A stretch of DNA of 62,806 nt, counting the filler, from Chiloscyllium plagiosum (lineage: Eukaryota): assembly GCF_004010195.1 (NCBI RefSeq). It is 4 parts of one record of this genome, joined end to end, with 100 filler letters (N's around TTAATTAATTAA, not from the genome) between each part and the next. Parts side by side here need not be neighbours in the genome. Positions count along the whole stretch, not along the records: positions 36,758 to 52,347 come from NC_057716.1; positions 52,448 to 62,806 come from NC_057716.1; 2 more parts are not named here. The stretch is one strand, 5' to 3'. The position numbers were made by a program, and so were the translations under genes. Under the pieces are notes generated by a model that was given only the letters and a program-made list of their open reading frames with translations, did no database searches and was not told the origin of the DNA. The number at the start of each line of letters is the position of its first letter. The first letter of the stretch is position 1. Of this stretch, positions 40,301 to 52,800 are shown piece by piece.

Positions 40301-40806
40301 CGCATTCGTGTAGCGCCCCTTTGAGAGTCCCAGCAGCATGACCCAGCTATCTTTGGCACCTGGCCACCTGAAGAGAGAGAGGAGTGGAGATGACTGGAGA
40401 AGCTTGGTCACGGAGGTGGACTTGAAGGGGGAAAGTGAAACCGAGAGGTTTAGGGAGAACATTCCAGGCCTGTGTGAAATGACCACTAGCATTCCAGTGC
40501 AATGTATTCCAGGCATTTATCCCATTTCCTCTGGGGGTTATTTTTGAATCTGCTTTCACCATTGCTCCAGCCAGTGCATTCCGGATCAAAACAACTGGCT
40601 CCGTTAAAAAAAAAGCTCTCCTCCTCTGCCCCCCCGCCCCCTTCTTCAGCCATCATCTTAAATCTGTCGGCTGTTTACTGAGCCTGCTGCCTAATGCCAA
40701 CAGTTTCTCCTCATTTACTCTGTGAAATGTATCACATGGCACTGAGCTGTGCAGTTCCCTGCTCCATGGCGAAGTTTGTTGGCTGGGTGTGAGTCTGGCC
40801 CACCTT

Positions 40807-40843
<37 letters not shown>

Positions 40844-43800
40844 AGAAGTTTACTGCTTCTTATTACTGAGCAGTGAGCACATTTGGAGAGATTTTCATCT
40901 TTCTGGGTGCTGCTGGTGAGGGCAGCATTTATTGCCTGTACCTAGTTGCCCTGCAGTATGTGATGGTGAGCTGCCAGTCCACGTGGGGTACATGCGCCAA
41001 AGCCCTTTTCAGTGGGAGGTGCAGGATTGTTAACCCAACAATAGGTGAAGGAACAGTGATATAGTTCAAGTTAGACCGGGGAGCAACCTGGAGCCAGTAA
41101 AGTGTGTTCCTAAGTGCCACTTGCTTCTGCCATTCAGCGTGGTAAACACCGTAGGGTTTGGGAGGTATTCCAGTGAAAGGTTTGAGTTACTCTGATTAAT
41201 TGGTTTCCACTTGACTCCAACTTAGGAGAGGATCTGGAGAATTAACTCCTCTGGACCCATTGTCCAGTGCAATTCAGTACCTATTGAGAGGAGCTGTGAA
41301 AATGGACTGAAGATAGATGTTCTTCTACAGAGTTGGCTGAGAGCCTAAAGGGCGTGTCTCCTTCCAGATGGACAGAGTGGACTGTTGTATTGCTGGCTGT
41401 TCCCAAAATGGGCTGAAAAACCAGAAGAAAGGCTGAAAATGCTCAGCGGGTCAGGGCAGCATCTGTGGACAGAGAAACAGAGATGGTATTTCATGGGAAT
41501 GACCTTTCAACAAGAAGTAGGTGTCCAAAGTGCACCAGAAAGAGAGAGGGAGAGAGATATGTGATGGTTTACAAGCAAGTGCAGAGCCAGTGGAGGGGCC
41601 ATGTGGGAGGAAGGCGCTGAAGGAAATGTCTGTGACACTCTGCATAGCAGGAGTGATAAAATGAAGAAGCATACACCCGTGATTCCAATACATCTCCCAT
41701 CTCCGCTCCCCCCCTGCTGTGATAGACAGGGCCTTTGACCATGCCCATCCATTCCCATAATTCTGCTCTTCTCCCTTCCCCAGAACTGTGACGGGATTCA
41801 CCTTGTCATCTCCTACCAGCCTCCACATTCCAAAATCTCACCCTCCACCATTTCTGCCATCTGCGAATTGTACAAGGTACTGTCCTGTAACATAATACAT
41901 CCGTCTTCTTCCTTTCCAGGGTGATAGGGGAGAGCCTGGCTTCATCATTAGCCCCGATGGAACCACATTGGATAGTCTGCTGGCCAGTGGCATTGGATCA
42001 AAGGTGAGACTTTGGATATTATGAGGACCAGCTGCAGCCTAGTCTGACTGTGCTAACGTGAGAAACTGCAGCAGAAAAGGCTTCCTTGGTAAAGGCCTGC
42101 TTTACAAATATGAAGATGTTACAATTCAGAAACAGACCATTCAGCCTATCTAGTCCATGCTAGTAATCATGCAGACCTCTCACTTGCCTCCTTCATTGAC
42201 CCAAACAATGTATGTCCTTAAATCCACTGTTTCCCCAGTTTCTAATATTCCTTCCCTTTAAGTGCATCTATAACCTTCATTTCAGCCACTCCCTGTTGGA
42301 GCACGTTCCATATTCCCCACACTCTCTGGGGAGAGAGATTCTGTTGAATTCTCTTTTGGATTTATTAATGACTGTCTTGTACTTGTGACCGGTAAGTTTG
42401 CAAACTGGAGACATCTTCTCTGCACTTACCCATCTGATCTCCTTCATGATGAAAAGAGCCCTCTGTTTGATCACATCACCTTTCAGTCCTCTCTGTCCTA
42501 AGAGAGGCCCAACCTGTATAATCTTTCCCCATAGTGACAGCCTCACAGTTCTGGTTCCGTGCTTCTAAATCTCATTTGAAAACTACTTGTACTTTTGGGA
42601 ATATGGGGAGGAATGGGAAGTACATTTGCTCTAATCCAGCATCAAACTAAGATATTAAAAAATGTAAAACTAGTGACAGCTAAGAACCAGACAGATGTGC
42701 ATGTAAAAGGCCTGTGTCTTCAGGATATCCTTTGGTTACCAACTGTGACTGGACAGAGTCCCTGAGGCTCGATCATGTGACCTAATTAAGCAATACAAAC
42801 TTTTTAAAGCATTTTTGATTTTTTTTGCCATCCCTGAAGGAAAGATATTGTGTAGGTGAACAGTAGTGATAGGGGACTCTATAGTCAGGGGCACAGATCT
42901 GTGCTCAGGAGTGAGACTCCTGGATGGTGTGTTAGGGTCAAGGATGAGTCTGAATCATTCTGAAAGGGGGGAGGTGAGCAACCAGATGCTCTGGTCAATA
43001 TTGGTACGAGTGACATCGGCAGGAAGAGAGTCCTGCGGTTCTGCAAAGGGTGTTCAGGGAGTTAGGTAGGACCTCTAGGCTTGTAAACTCGGGATCACTT
43101 CCGAAACCACGTGCTCGTGAGGCCAGAAATAAGAAGATAATCCAGTTGAATGCGTGGCTAAAGAGCTGGTATAGGAGGGTGGGCATCAGATATCTGGATC
43201 ATTGGGATCTCTTCCAGGGCAGGAAGGACCTATACAGGAAGGACAGGTTGCACCTAAACTGGAGGGGCACCCCTCAGTATCCTCGCAGGGAGGTTTGCTA
43301 GTGCAAACTTGGGACGGTTCAAACTAGTGCGGTAGGGGTGGGTGGGAACCAGAGCAATAGACCACCATGGGGAGTGATTGAGGAGAAGCTAGAGGTTAAA
43401 TCAAGTTAGTCTATTCAGAAGAACAGGCAGGACCAGGTTCATGAACACGGTGGGACTGGCAGTTTGAAGTGCATTTATTTTAATGTAAGGAGTATAACGG
43501 GTAAGGCACGTGAGTTTAGAGTGTGGATTAGAACACGGGACTACAATGGGGGTAGTCATTATAGAAACCTGGTGCAGAGAAAGGCAGGGCTGGTAAGTCA
43601 ACATTCCAGGGTTTAGATGTTTCAGACATGATAGAGAGTGACGTAAAGGAGTGGGGGGGGGGTTGCATTACTGATTAAGGAGCATGTCACAGCTGCACTA
43701 TGAGAGGACATCTTGGAGGGCTCATCCAGCGAGGCCTAATGGGTAAGATGCAGAAATAAGAAAGGTGCAGTCACAATGCTGGGGTTATACTACAGGCCTC

Positions 43801-46800
43801 CCAGTAGCCAGCGGAGATAGAGAAACAGATATGTAAGCAGATCTTGGAAAGGTGGAAAAACAACAGGGTTGTTATCATGGGTGTTTTTAATTTCACTGAT
43901 GTTGAGTGGGACTCTCTTCATACCAGGGGCATAGATGGGACAGAATTTGTTAGGTGCATCCAGGAATGTTTCTTGAAACAATATGTAGATAGCCCAACTA
44001 GGGAAGGGACTGTAGCTGTTGTATTGGAGAATAAGCCTTACCAGGTGACTGAAATTTCAGTAGGGGAACAGTATGGGAACAGCAATCATAATTCTGTAAG
44101 TTTTTAAATAATTTTAGAAAAGGATAATATTGGTCCTCGGGTGAAAGTGCTAATGTGGGGGAAGGTTAATTACCATAATAATCATAGAATCCCTACAGTG
44201 TGGAGACAGGCCATTTGGCCCAACAAGTCCACACTGACCCTCCAAAAGAGCATCCTACCCAGCCCCATTCCCCTACCCTCTTACTTTACATTTCCCCTGA
44301 TTAATGCACCTAAGCTACAAATCTCTGAGCACAATGGGCAATTTAGTGTTAGGCAGGAACTAGATGAATTAGATTGGGGGCAGCATTTTGAGAGTAAATC
44401 CACATATAACATATGGATGTTGATCAGAGTTCAGGTCCAGCGTGTTCTCGTCGGGATATAAGATAATGATGGCAAGATTCTGGTACCCTGGATGATAAGA
44501 GATATTGAAAGCTTAGTCAAAAGGAAAAATGAAGCATATGTAAAGTTCAGGAAACTGAAATCAGACAAAACCCTTGAGGAATACAGTATAAGGAAGCAGA
44601 AAAGTACTTAAACAAGGAATTAGGAGGCAAAATAGAGGTCATGAAATGTCCTTGGCAAGTAGGTTTGAGATGAATCCCAAGGCATTTTATACATATATTA
44701 GGAGTAAGCCAATAGCTAGGGAAAGGGTTGGTCCACTCAAGGACAAAGGTGGGAATTTATGTGTGGAGCCTCAGAAAGTGGGTGAGGTCCATAATGAGCC
44801 CTTCAACTCGGTATTCACCAAGGAGAAGGACAGTGATGATGGTAAGATTACAGAGGATTTTGTTGATTTTCTGGGGCATGTTGACATTAAGAAGGAAGAG
44901 GTGTTGGGTGTCTTGAAAAACATAGGTCTCCAGGGCCTGATGGGATCTATCCAAGGGTATTGAGGGAGGCAAGGGAGGAGATTTTTGGAGCCTTGACAGA
45001 GATCTTTGAATTCTCTTTAGCCAGAGGTGAGGTGCCAGAAGACTGGAGAATAGCCAATGTTGTCCCTTTGTTTAAGAAGAGCAACAGGGATAATCTAGGA
45101 AATTATAGGCTGGTGAGCCATATATCAGTGGGAGGGAAATACTTGGAGAATATTCTTGGGGACAGGATTTACTTGCATTTGGAGAAGAATAGACTGGATG
45201 CGAGTTTGCTTGCTGAGCTGGAAGGTTTGTTTTCAGACGTTTCGTCACCATACTAGGTAGCATCATCGGTGAGCCTCCGGTGAAGCGGAAGGATAGACCT
45301 ATTAGAAGTAAGCTTTATGCAGGGCAGGGCTGGTCTCGAAAATTTGATTGAGCTTTTCAAAGATGTTGATTGATGAGGATACAGTATGTTTTTTGGATGT
45401 TGTCCATATGGACTTTACTAAGGCATTTGACAAAGTCCCTCATGGTAGACTGCTTCAAGTGATTAAGTCACACGGGATCCATGGTGAGTTGGTGAGTTGG
45501 ATACAACATTGGCTTGGTCATGGCAGTCAGGGGTAGTTGTGGAGGGGTGCTTTTCTGGCTGGACGTCTGTAACCAGTGGTGTTCCGCATAATTGGATGAA
45601 AATGTAGATGGGCTGTTTGTAGGTTTGCAGGTGACATGAAATTTGGTGAGATTGTGGATAATGAAAGGATAGGCAAAGGATACGGCAGGATATAGATCAG
45701 GTGGCAAGTTGGGATGGGGTTTAATCTGGACAAGTGTGAGGTGAGGTATTTTGGGAGGTTACATACAAGAGTAAAATAAATGCCAGAGTGTTTTTGATGT
45801 ACAGAGGGACCTTGGGGTGCAAGTCATAGCTTTCTGAAAGTGGTTACACAAGTAGGTAAGGCGCTAATGAAGGTGTACAGCACATGTAACTTCATTGGTC
45901 AGGGCAGTGAGTATAAACGTTGGCACATCATGTTGCAGCTGTATAAATCTTTAGTTAGGCCACGTTTGGAGTATTTTGTGCAGTTCTGGTCGCCGCACTA
46001 TAGGAAGGATGCGGAGGCTGTGGAGTGGGTGCAGAAGAGGTTCACCAGGATGTTGGAGTGTATTAGCCGGAAGGAGAGGTTGGATAAACTTGGATCGTCT
46101 TCACTAAAAGCGTTTGAGATGAAGGGGTGACCTGATAGTAGTAAATAAAATTATGAGGGGAATGGATAGGGCGGATAGTCAGAGACTTTTTCACAGAGTG
46201 GTATGTCAAATACTAGGGGGCATAGGTTTAAGGTGAGAAGAGAAATATTTAGGATATGTGTTAGGAAGTTCTTTAGTTACGCAGAAGGTGGTAGGTGTCT
46301 GGAACCCACTGCCAGAGGAGGTAGTAGAATCAGATAAAGTAGTATTGTTTACGAGACATTTAAACAAATACCTGAACAGGCAGGGAATAGACATATGCAG
46401 GCAGATGGGATTAATTTAAAATGGCATCATGGTCGGCACAGGCATGATGGGCCAAAGGGCCTGTTCCTGCGCTGTACTGTTCTATGTTCTATCAATCTTT
46501 AATTCCTGGAGATTCCAGGGCAATCCTAGAGGGTTGGTTAACCTCAGCAATCCCCAGGCAGTGCAGCGATCAGCAAGTCCCAAACAACGCAATCCCACAC
46601 AAACTTCAAATCCCACACTAAAACGGAGAAGAATCTCTCTCGTTATCCCTTTTCCCAGAGCGAGTAATGGATTAATGCAGTGGAGTCCCAGTTCAAGAAA
46701 TGAAATCCATGTTGTCAAACTCCTCCAGAGACAGGAGCTGGTAACTTGGTTAGCCACAAAGAAGGGGATGAGGTGGAGAAGGACAGAGACTGACGACTGA

Positions 46801-49800
46801 ATGGTATCAAGGGCTTGTTGTGATCAAACTGTCTCTGTTTGATTATCCGCCATGAACGGGGAGCTGACTGACATGGCCAACATTTGTTGCCAATCCCAAT
46901 ATTTGTTGTTGACCCTAATGACCCTTGAGAAGCTGATGGTGATGTATTAATACAAGATGTATCTGTGTGTTATCACATATTAATGGGAGAGCTAAACATT
47001 ATGGATCCAAGATTCAGGCTGAGAGGGGAGTAACTGTAAGCTCAAGAAGGACAACAATGAGGTTATTTTAGCACCCAGCTATAAAATAATTGAAGAAACA
47101 GCCTCCGCATTGTAACGCTGTTATTGAAAACTCTTCCAATATTACACAAGGTAAGCTGAGAATTCACAAACTCATGTCAGTCATTTTGCGTTGTAAATCA
47201 GAAAATGCTAATGTCACTCTGTTTATTCACCTCTACTCTGTCTCTGAGCCCAGTCGGATAACACTGGAGGACCCAATAAACAATGGTAATGATTTAACTT
47301 TCACATAGCTAAGACAGAAAGGGTAAAAGTTGTTTGGTGAGGTGAGAGGAATCCAGGTTCAGGGGGGCTCTTGGCCTCACAGATTTGGGGATGGTTACAG
47401 GGCAAATGAGTTCAGCTTCGGGTTGCCATGGTCACTTACCCAGTCCGTTAACGAATGAGAAACGAACTTCCACTTTAGCTAATTAAGCCGCTCCTTCTGA
47501 AGCCTTGATTGAAGATGGAACAGCGATGAACAGAGCCCCCATTCCCCCACTTACAATCTGTCATTAGGCCAAGGGATTCTTTTCTGACATAATTCTTTCA
47601 GAGAAGCACTCAGATTAAACCAGTTACTTTGAATCTAAAGCTTTGGTGAATTTTGTTCCCTTCAGGGTGATGCTGGCATTCCAGGACCCATTGGCCCGCA
47701 GGTAAGGCATCTTCTGTTGGAAATCTGTCAGCTCCTGACATTCGTCAAAAACCTCATCTGTCGACACCACCCTGTCTGGCCAGCATTAGTTTCAGAATCC
47801 TGTAGCTCGATTGCTTAAAATAGCCAACTCTTTCTAATGGCCTGAAGTGACTTCACTTTCCCCATCACTCTGAACGAACGTTCATCGACTTTAGGACGAT
47901 ATGTTGTATCAGACTTGACTAAAATGCAGTTAATTAATTCTGGATCCAGAGCCATTCTGAACCTGTGTAACAGGAAACAAATCAAGAGTCCTGCATTGAC
48001 AGGGTAATGGATATATTGGCGTCTCTGTAAGTATTCAATCTCTTGTTCAAGCCCAGCGTGGATTGGACGAAGGATCTCCTCTCTTTAGAATCATACGTAA
48101 GAAAGGAAGCAGGAGGAGACCATTCAGCCCCTCAAGATTGCTGCACCATTTGACTCTGTCGTGGTTGATTTTCTGCCTCAACCCCCAAATTGTCGCCTGG
48201 TCCCACACCCCTCCATTCTCCCAGGAACCAAAACTCTGTTGGTATCTGCCTTAAATGTATTGAATGATGAAGCATCCACCACCCTCTGGGGAGAGCACTC
48301 TAAAGATACACAGCTCTCTGAGTGAAGACAGTGGTCCCTCTCTCTGTGGAAAATGAACGATCCTTTATACTGAGACAGTGCTGCCCAGTTCCCCAGTCAG
48401 GGGAAACCACCCCTCAGGATCTGGCCTCTCAGGAACCTTCAGTGTTTCATTGACATCTTTTTTCTTGAGGCTCCAGACAAATATAAACTCCTCATATCAT
48501 CGAAGGTACATCACAGGGAGCTAGGATCCCTGTAATTGCTTACTTGTGTCACGGGTGGTAGCAACTTGCAAAACCGGAATCAGTCACACCATACACGGAG
48601 CCTTTGAGCGACCCCTGCGTGGTTTAGAGGAAAGGTCACACTGGAGATCATTCAGCCCCAGCATTCTCTCTGTTCCTTGGGCATGCCGCCTGAGCTGACA
48701 CAATGGAGTATTTGCAGAATTTCTAAATAAACCTGAATGATCAAATGGCCCCCTGAGCCAAACCTCGTATCGGCCTCGATTGTTCTGTATATATTGAATA
48801 GATTCTGATCGCGCCCCCCCGCCCCCCACTTTTGCTTTTCTAAGTTTGTTCCCCCCCCTCCTGTGGCCTTTGAGTTGCTCCTTGTTTTGCTTCCCTTCTT
48901 CTGAGGCTCCCTGCTGAGTTCCAGGATCCTGAAAGCTCACCCACTTCTCCGTGTGCACTCAGGACACAAGTTTTGAACACAAAACACCAAGGGTCTCTGG
49001 CATAGTGGGAATGTCACTCAGTCCAGAGGCTTTGAGGTCACAGGTTCAAATCCAATTCCATTTACCCAACAGCGTCATACAACCCCCGGATACAGACCCT
49101 TCGGTCCATGCCAAACATAATCCAAAACTAAACTAGTCCCACCTGCCTGTTCCAGGCCCATATTCCTCCAAACCTTCCTTATTCATGTGTTTATCAAATG
49201 ACTTTTAAACGTTGTAATTGTACCAGCATCCACCACTTCCTCAGGAAGTCCATTCCACACACAAACCAGTCTCTGTGTAAAGAAATTGACTCTTACGTCT
49301 TTTTAAAATCTTTCTCTTTAAAACGTGCCCCCTAGATTTGAAGTCACCCATCCTAGGGAAAAGACAACTACTAGGAGAAAGTGAGGTCTGCAGATGCTGG
49401 AGATCAAAGTTGAAACTTTATTGCTGGAACACTTTTATCTTCTCCTGCTGAACACTCTCTGCTCATTCCTGAAGAAGGGCCTGTGCCCGAAACATCGGAT
49501 CTCCTGTTCCCTGGATGCTGCCTGACCTGCTGTGCTGTTCCAGCAATAAAGTTTCAACAAAAGACAACTACTGTTAACTGTCTAAACCTCTCATTATTTT
49601 ATAAGCTTCTATCAGATCGCCTCTCAACCTCCAACACTATTGTGAAAATGTCCCAGCCTATCCAGTCTTTCTTTATAACTGAAACCTTCCATACCCGGGA
49701 ACATCCTGGTAAATCTCTTCTGAACCCTCTCCAGCTTAATAATATCCTTCCTATAACTGGGAGATCAGAACTGGGCACAGTATTCCAGAGGCCTCACCAA

Positions 49801-52800
49801 TGTCCTGTACAACCTCAACATAACGTCCCAACCTCTCACTCCTATATTCAAAGGACTGAGAAATGAAGGTGAGTGTGTCAAATGCCTTTTTAACCACTCT
49901 GACTACATGTGATGCAAACTTCAAGGAAATATGTACCTGCACCCCAGGTCCCTCTGTTCTACAACACTACCCAAGTTTCGACCATTAATTGTATAAGCCC
50001 TACTCTTGTTTGTTGAACCAAAATGCAAGACCTCACGTTTATCCAGATTGAACTCCCATCTGACATTTTCAGCCCATTGACCCATTTGATCAAGATCCCT
50101 TTGTAATCTCAGAAGGCCTTGTTCACTGTCTACTATGTCACCAGTTTTGGCATCATCTACAAACTTACTAACCATGCCTTTATATATTCTCATCCAAATC
50201 ATTTACAGAAACAAAAGAGGACCCAGAACTGACCCCTGTGGAACACCGCTGGTCACAGGCCTCCTGTCCAAAAAGCAACCCTCCACCATTTACTCACTGT
50301 CTCCTGCTGTTAAGCCAATTATGTATCCATTTGGCAAGCTCACACTGAATCCCATGTGACCTCACTTTACTCATAAGTCATACCATGTGGAACCTTGTCA
50401 AAGGCTTTACTAAAATCCAAATAACGACATTTACTGCAACGTCATCATCAATCTTTCTAGTAACTTCCTCAAAAAACTCAGTCAAGTTGGTGAGACACGA
50501 TTTTGCACGCACAAAACCATGCTGACTATCTCTAATCAATTTTTGTCTTTCTCTTGAACTGAAAACTAGTCTCGGTGATGGTGATCGTGACAGCTATCAT
50601 TGATTGTTGTTAAAACCCACTTGGTTCACTAATGTCTTTCAGAGGAGGAAATCTGAGGCTACACATGACTCCAGACCCACTTTTCCGCCCTCTGAAATGG
50701 CAAGCCGCTCAGTTCAAGGGCAATTGGGAAAACGCAACACATGCAAGGAATGCCCAATCCCATGAAAGAATAAAGTTAAAAATGATTTTTAAAATTTGAT
50801 TTATTGTTGTCACATGTACCTAGGGACAATGAAAAGTTTTGTTTCATGTGCAGTACAGGCAGGTCATACCATGCATAATGCATTAGGGTAATCGAACAAA
50901 GCTAGGTATACAATGTTACAGCTGCAGAGAAAGTGAACAAAGAGTGAGATCAACACTAAACATCTGAACAAAGGTGACGTTCAGATAGATGCTGTCTGAC
51001 CTGTAAGGAGCTCTATTTATGTGCCTTTGCTCTGTAGCTCTTGATACCTTTAACCAAGAAAGATCTATAGCTCCGTCTTAAAAAATTGAGGTTACCCAAC
51101 AATGTTTACTTGGGGAAACAGTTTTATATTGCAGTGTGAAGAAGTGCTTCCTGATGTCACCCCCTAAGGTTATGTCCACCTTAGGCCTGGAGTTCCCTCT
51201 GAGAAAATGGTTTCTCTTTATTGACTGTATTGAACCCTTTAGTCCCCTCTACTTCCTGTTGAAAGCGTTCAGAGTGAGCAGTCCCTTCACTAGCTGGCCA
51301 GGCCAGGCTAGGGAACGTCAGTGCCCCTGTTAGAATTCGGGAGCTTCATGATACAGGCTCCCTGTTATGTGTCTGCATTAGAATAGTGGGATTAGACCTT
51401 TGGTTTGCCATTATGTTAATGAAAAGAATGGGGCCTGTTTTCTGAAGGAAGCCACCTGACTGAACTTGGAGTCCAGTGCATGTGACTGGGCTCCCTCTCA
51501 ACAGTGGTTCAAACAGACAGCATTTAGACTGACCCAAGGCCTGCTGGGAATTGTGTCCTCGAATCACAGTTAATTGTTCGCTATCTCTGCTTCTACTCCA
51601 CAGGGCTTGCCGGGATACCCAGGTCAAAAAGGTGAAATTGGATTGCCAGGGAGACCGGTGAGGAGTGATTTTTTTGTTTCTTTTTGCATGTAAAATCAGG
51701 AATTTAAAGGATTAGAGTTTGGATGATGAACAGGCAGGCGAAGTGTGTCTGGGTGTATTTGAACCAACGCTTGGCACAGTGAGGGCATTCAGCCCCTCGA
51801 GCTTACTATACCACTCACTTTGATTGTGTCTGATTAGATTAGATTAGATTACTTTACAGTGTGGAAACAGGCCCTTCGGCCCAATAAGTCCACACCGACC
51901 CACCGAAGCGCAAACCACCCAGACCCCTACATTTACCCCTTACCTAACACTATGGACAATTTAGCATGGCCACTTCACCTGACCTGCACATCTTTGGACT
52001 GTGGGAGGAAACCGGAGCACCCGGAGCAGACACGGGGAGAATGTGCAAACTCCACACAGTCGCCTGAGGCCGGAATTGAACCCGGGTCTCTGGCGCTGTG
52101 AGGCAGCAGTGCTAACCACTGTGCCACCGTGCTGCCTGTACCTGAACTTGGTCTGCCCTCCTTGGTTCTATATGATTAAAATTCTTCCGCCGCCTTCGCC
52201 TCCGCGCCTACTTCTTCAACCAAGATTCTCGCCCACCCTCTGACGACCCCTTCTCCCGCCTCCAACACACCCCATCCACCTGGACACCCCGTACTGGCCT
52301 CTTACCCGCCCTCGATCTCTTCATAGCCAACTGCCGCCGCGACATTANNNNNNNNNNNNNNNNNNNNNNNNNNNNNNNNNNNNNNNNNNNNTTAATTAAT
52401 TAANNNNNNNNNNNNNNNNNNNNNNNNNNNNNNNNNNNNNNNNNNNNTTCCTTGGATGCTGCCTGACCTGCTGCGCTTTTCCAGCAACACATTTTCAGCT
52501 CTGATCTCCAGCATCTGCAGTCCTCACTTTCTACTAGAAGATTAAAACACTTATCCAATCAAATCTATCACCCCAATAACAAACTACTGAGATAACAGCG
52601 GAAAATGCTGGAAATACTTAGGAGGTCAGGCAGCATTTGCACAGAAAGAGAAACGGAGTGAACGTTGCAGGTTGATGCCTGTTCTGAGAAACCTTTCAAA
52701 CTCAGCTTTGACCTTTCCCCCCAACTTATCTGGGAGGTTAGGGCTGGGGGAGGAGAGGGGATCAAATTTCCCACAATCCTTTGTGTGAAGATGTGCTTCC

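Larger units (their letters stand above)
42860..46492 (+). mobile_element. Long degenerate CR1 LINE: ORF1 esterase (SGNH-like) remnant, ORF2 endonuclease and RT remnants, 3' tail
   Basis: IGDSIVRG and [12 protein letters not shown] (ORF1); [14 protein letters not shown] and [11 protein letters not shown] (APE endonuclease); [31 protein letters not shown] and [12 protein letters not shown] (RT); ttctatgttctat tail; many stops and frameshifts. Confidence 0.92.
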
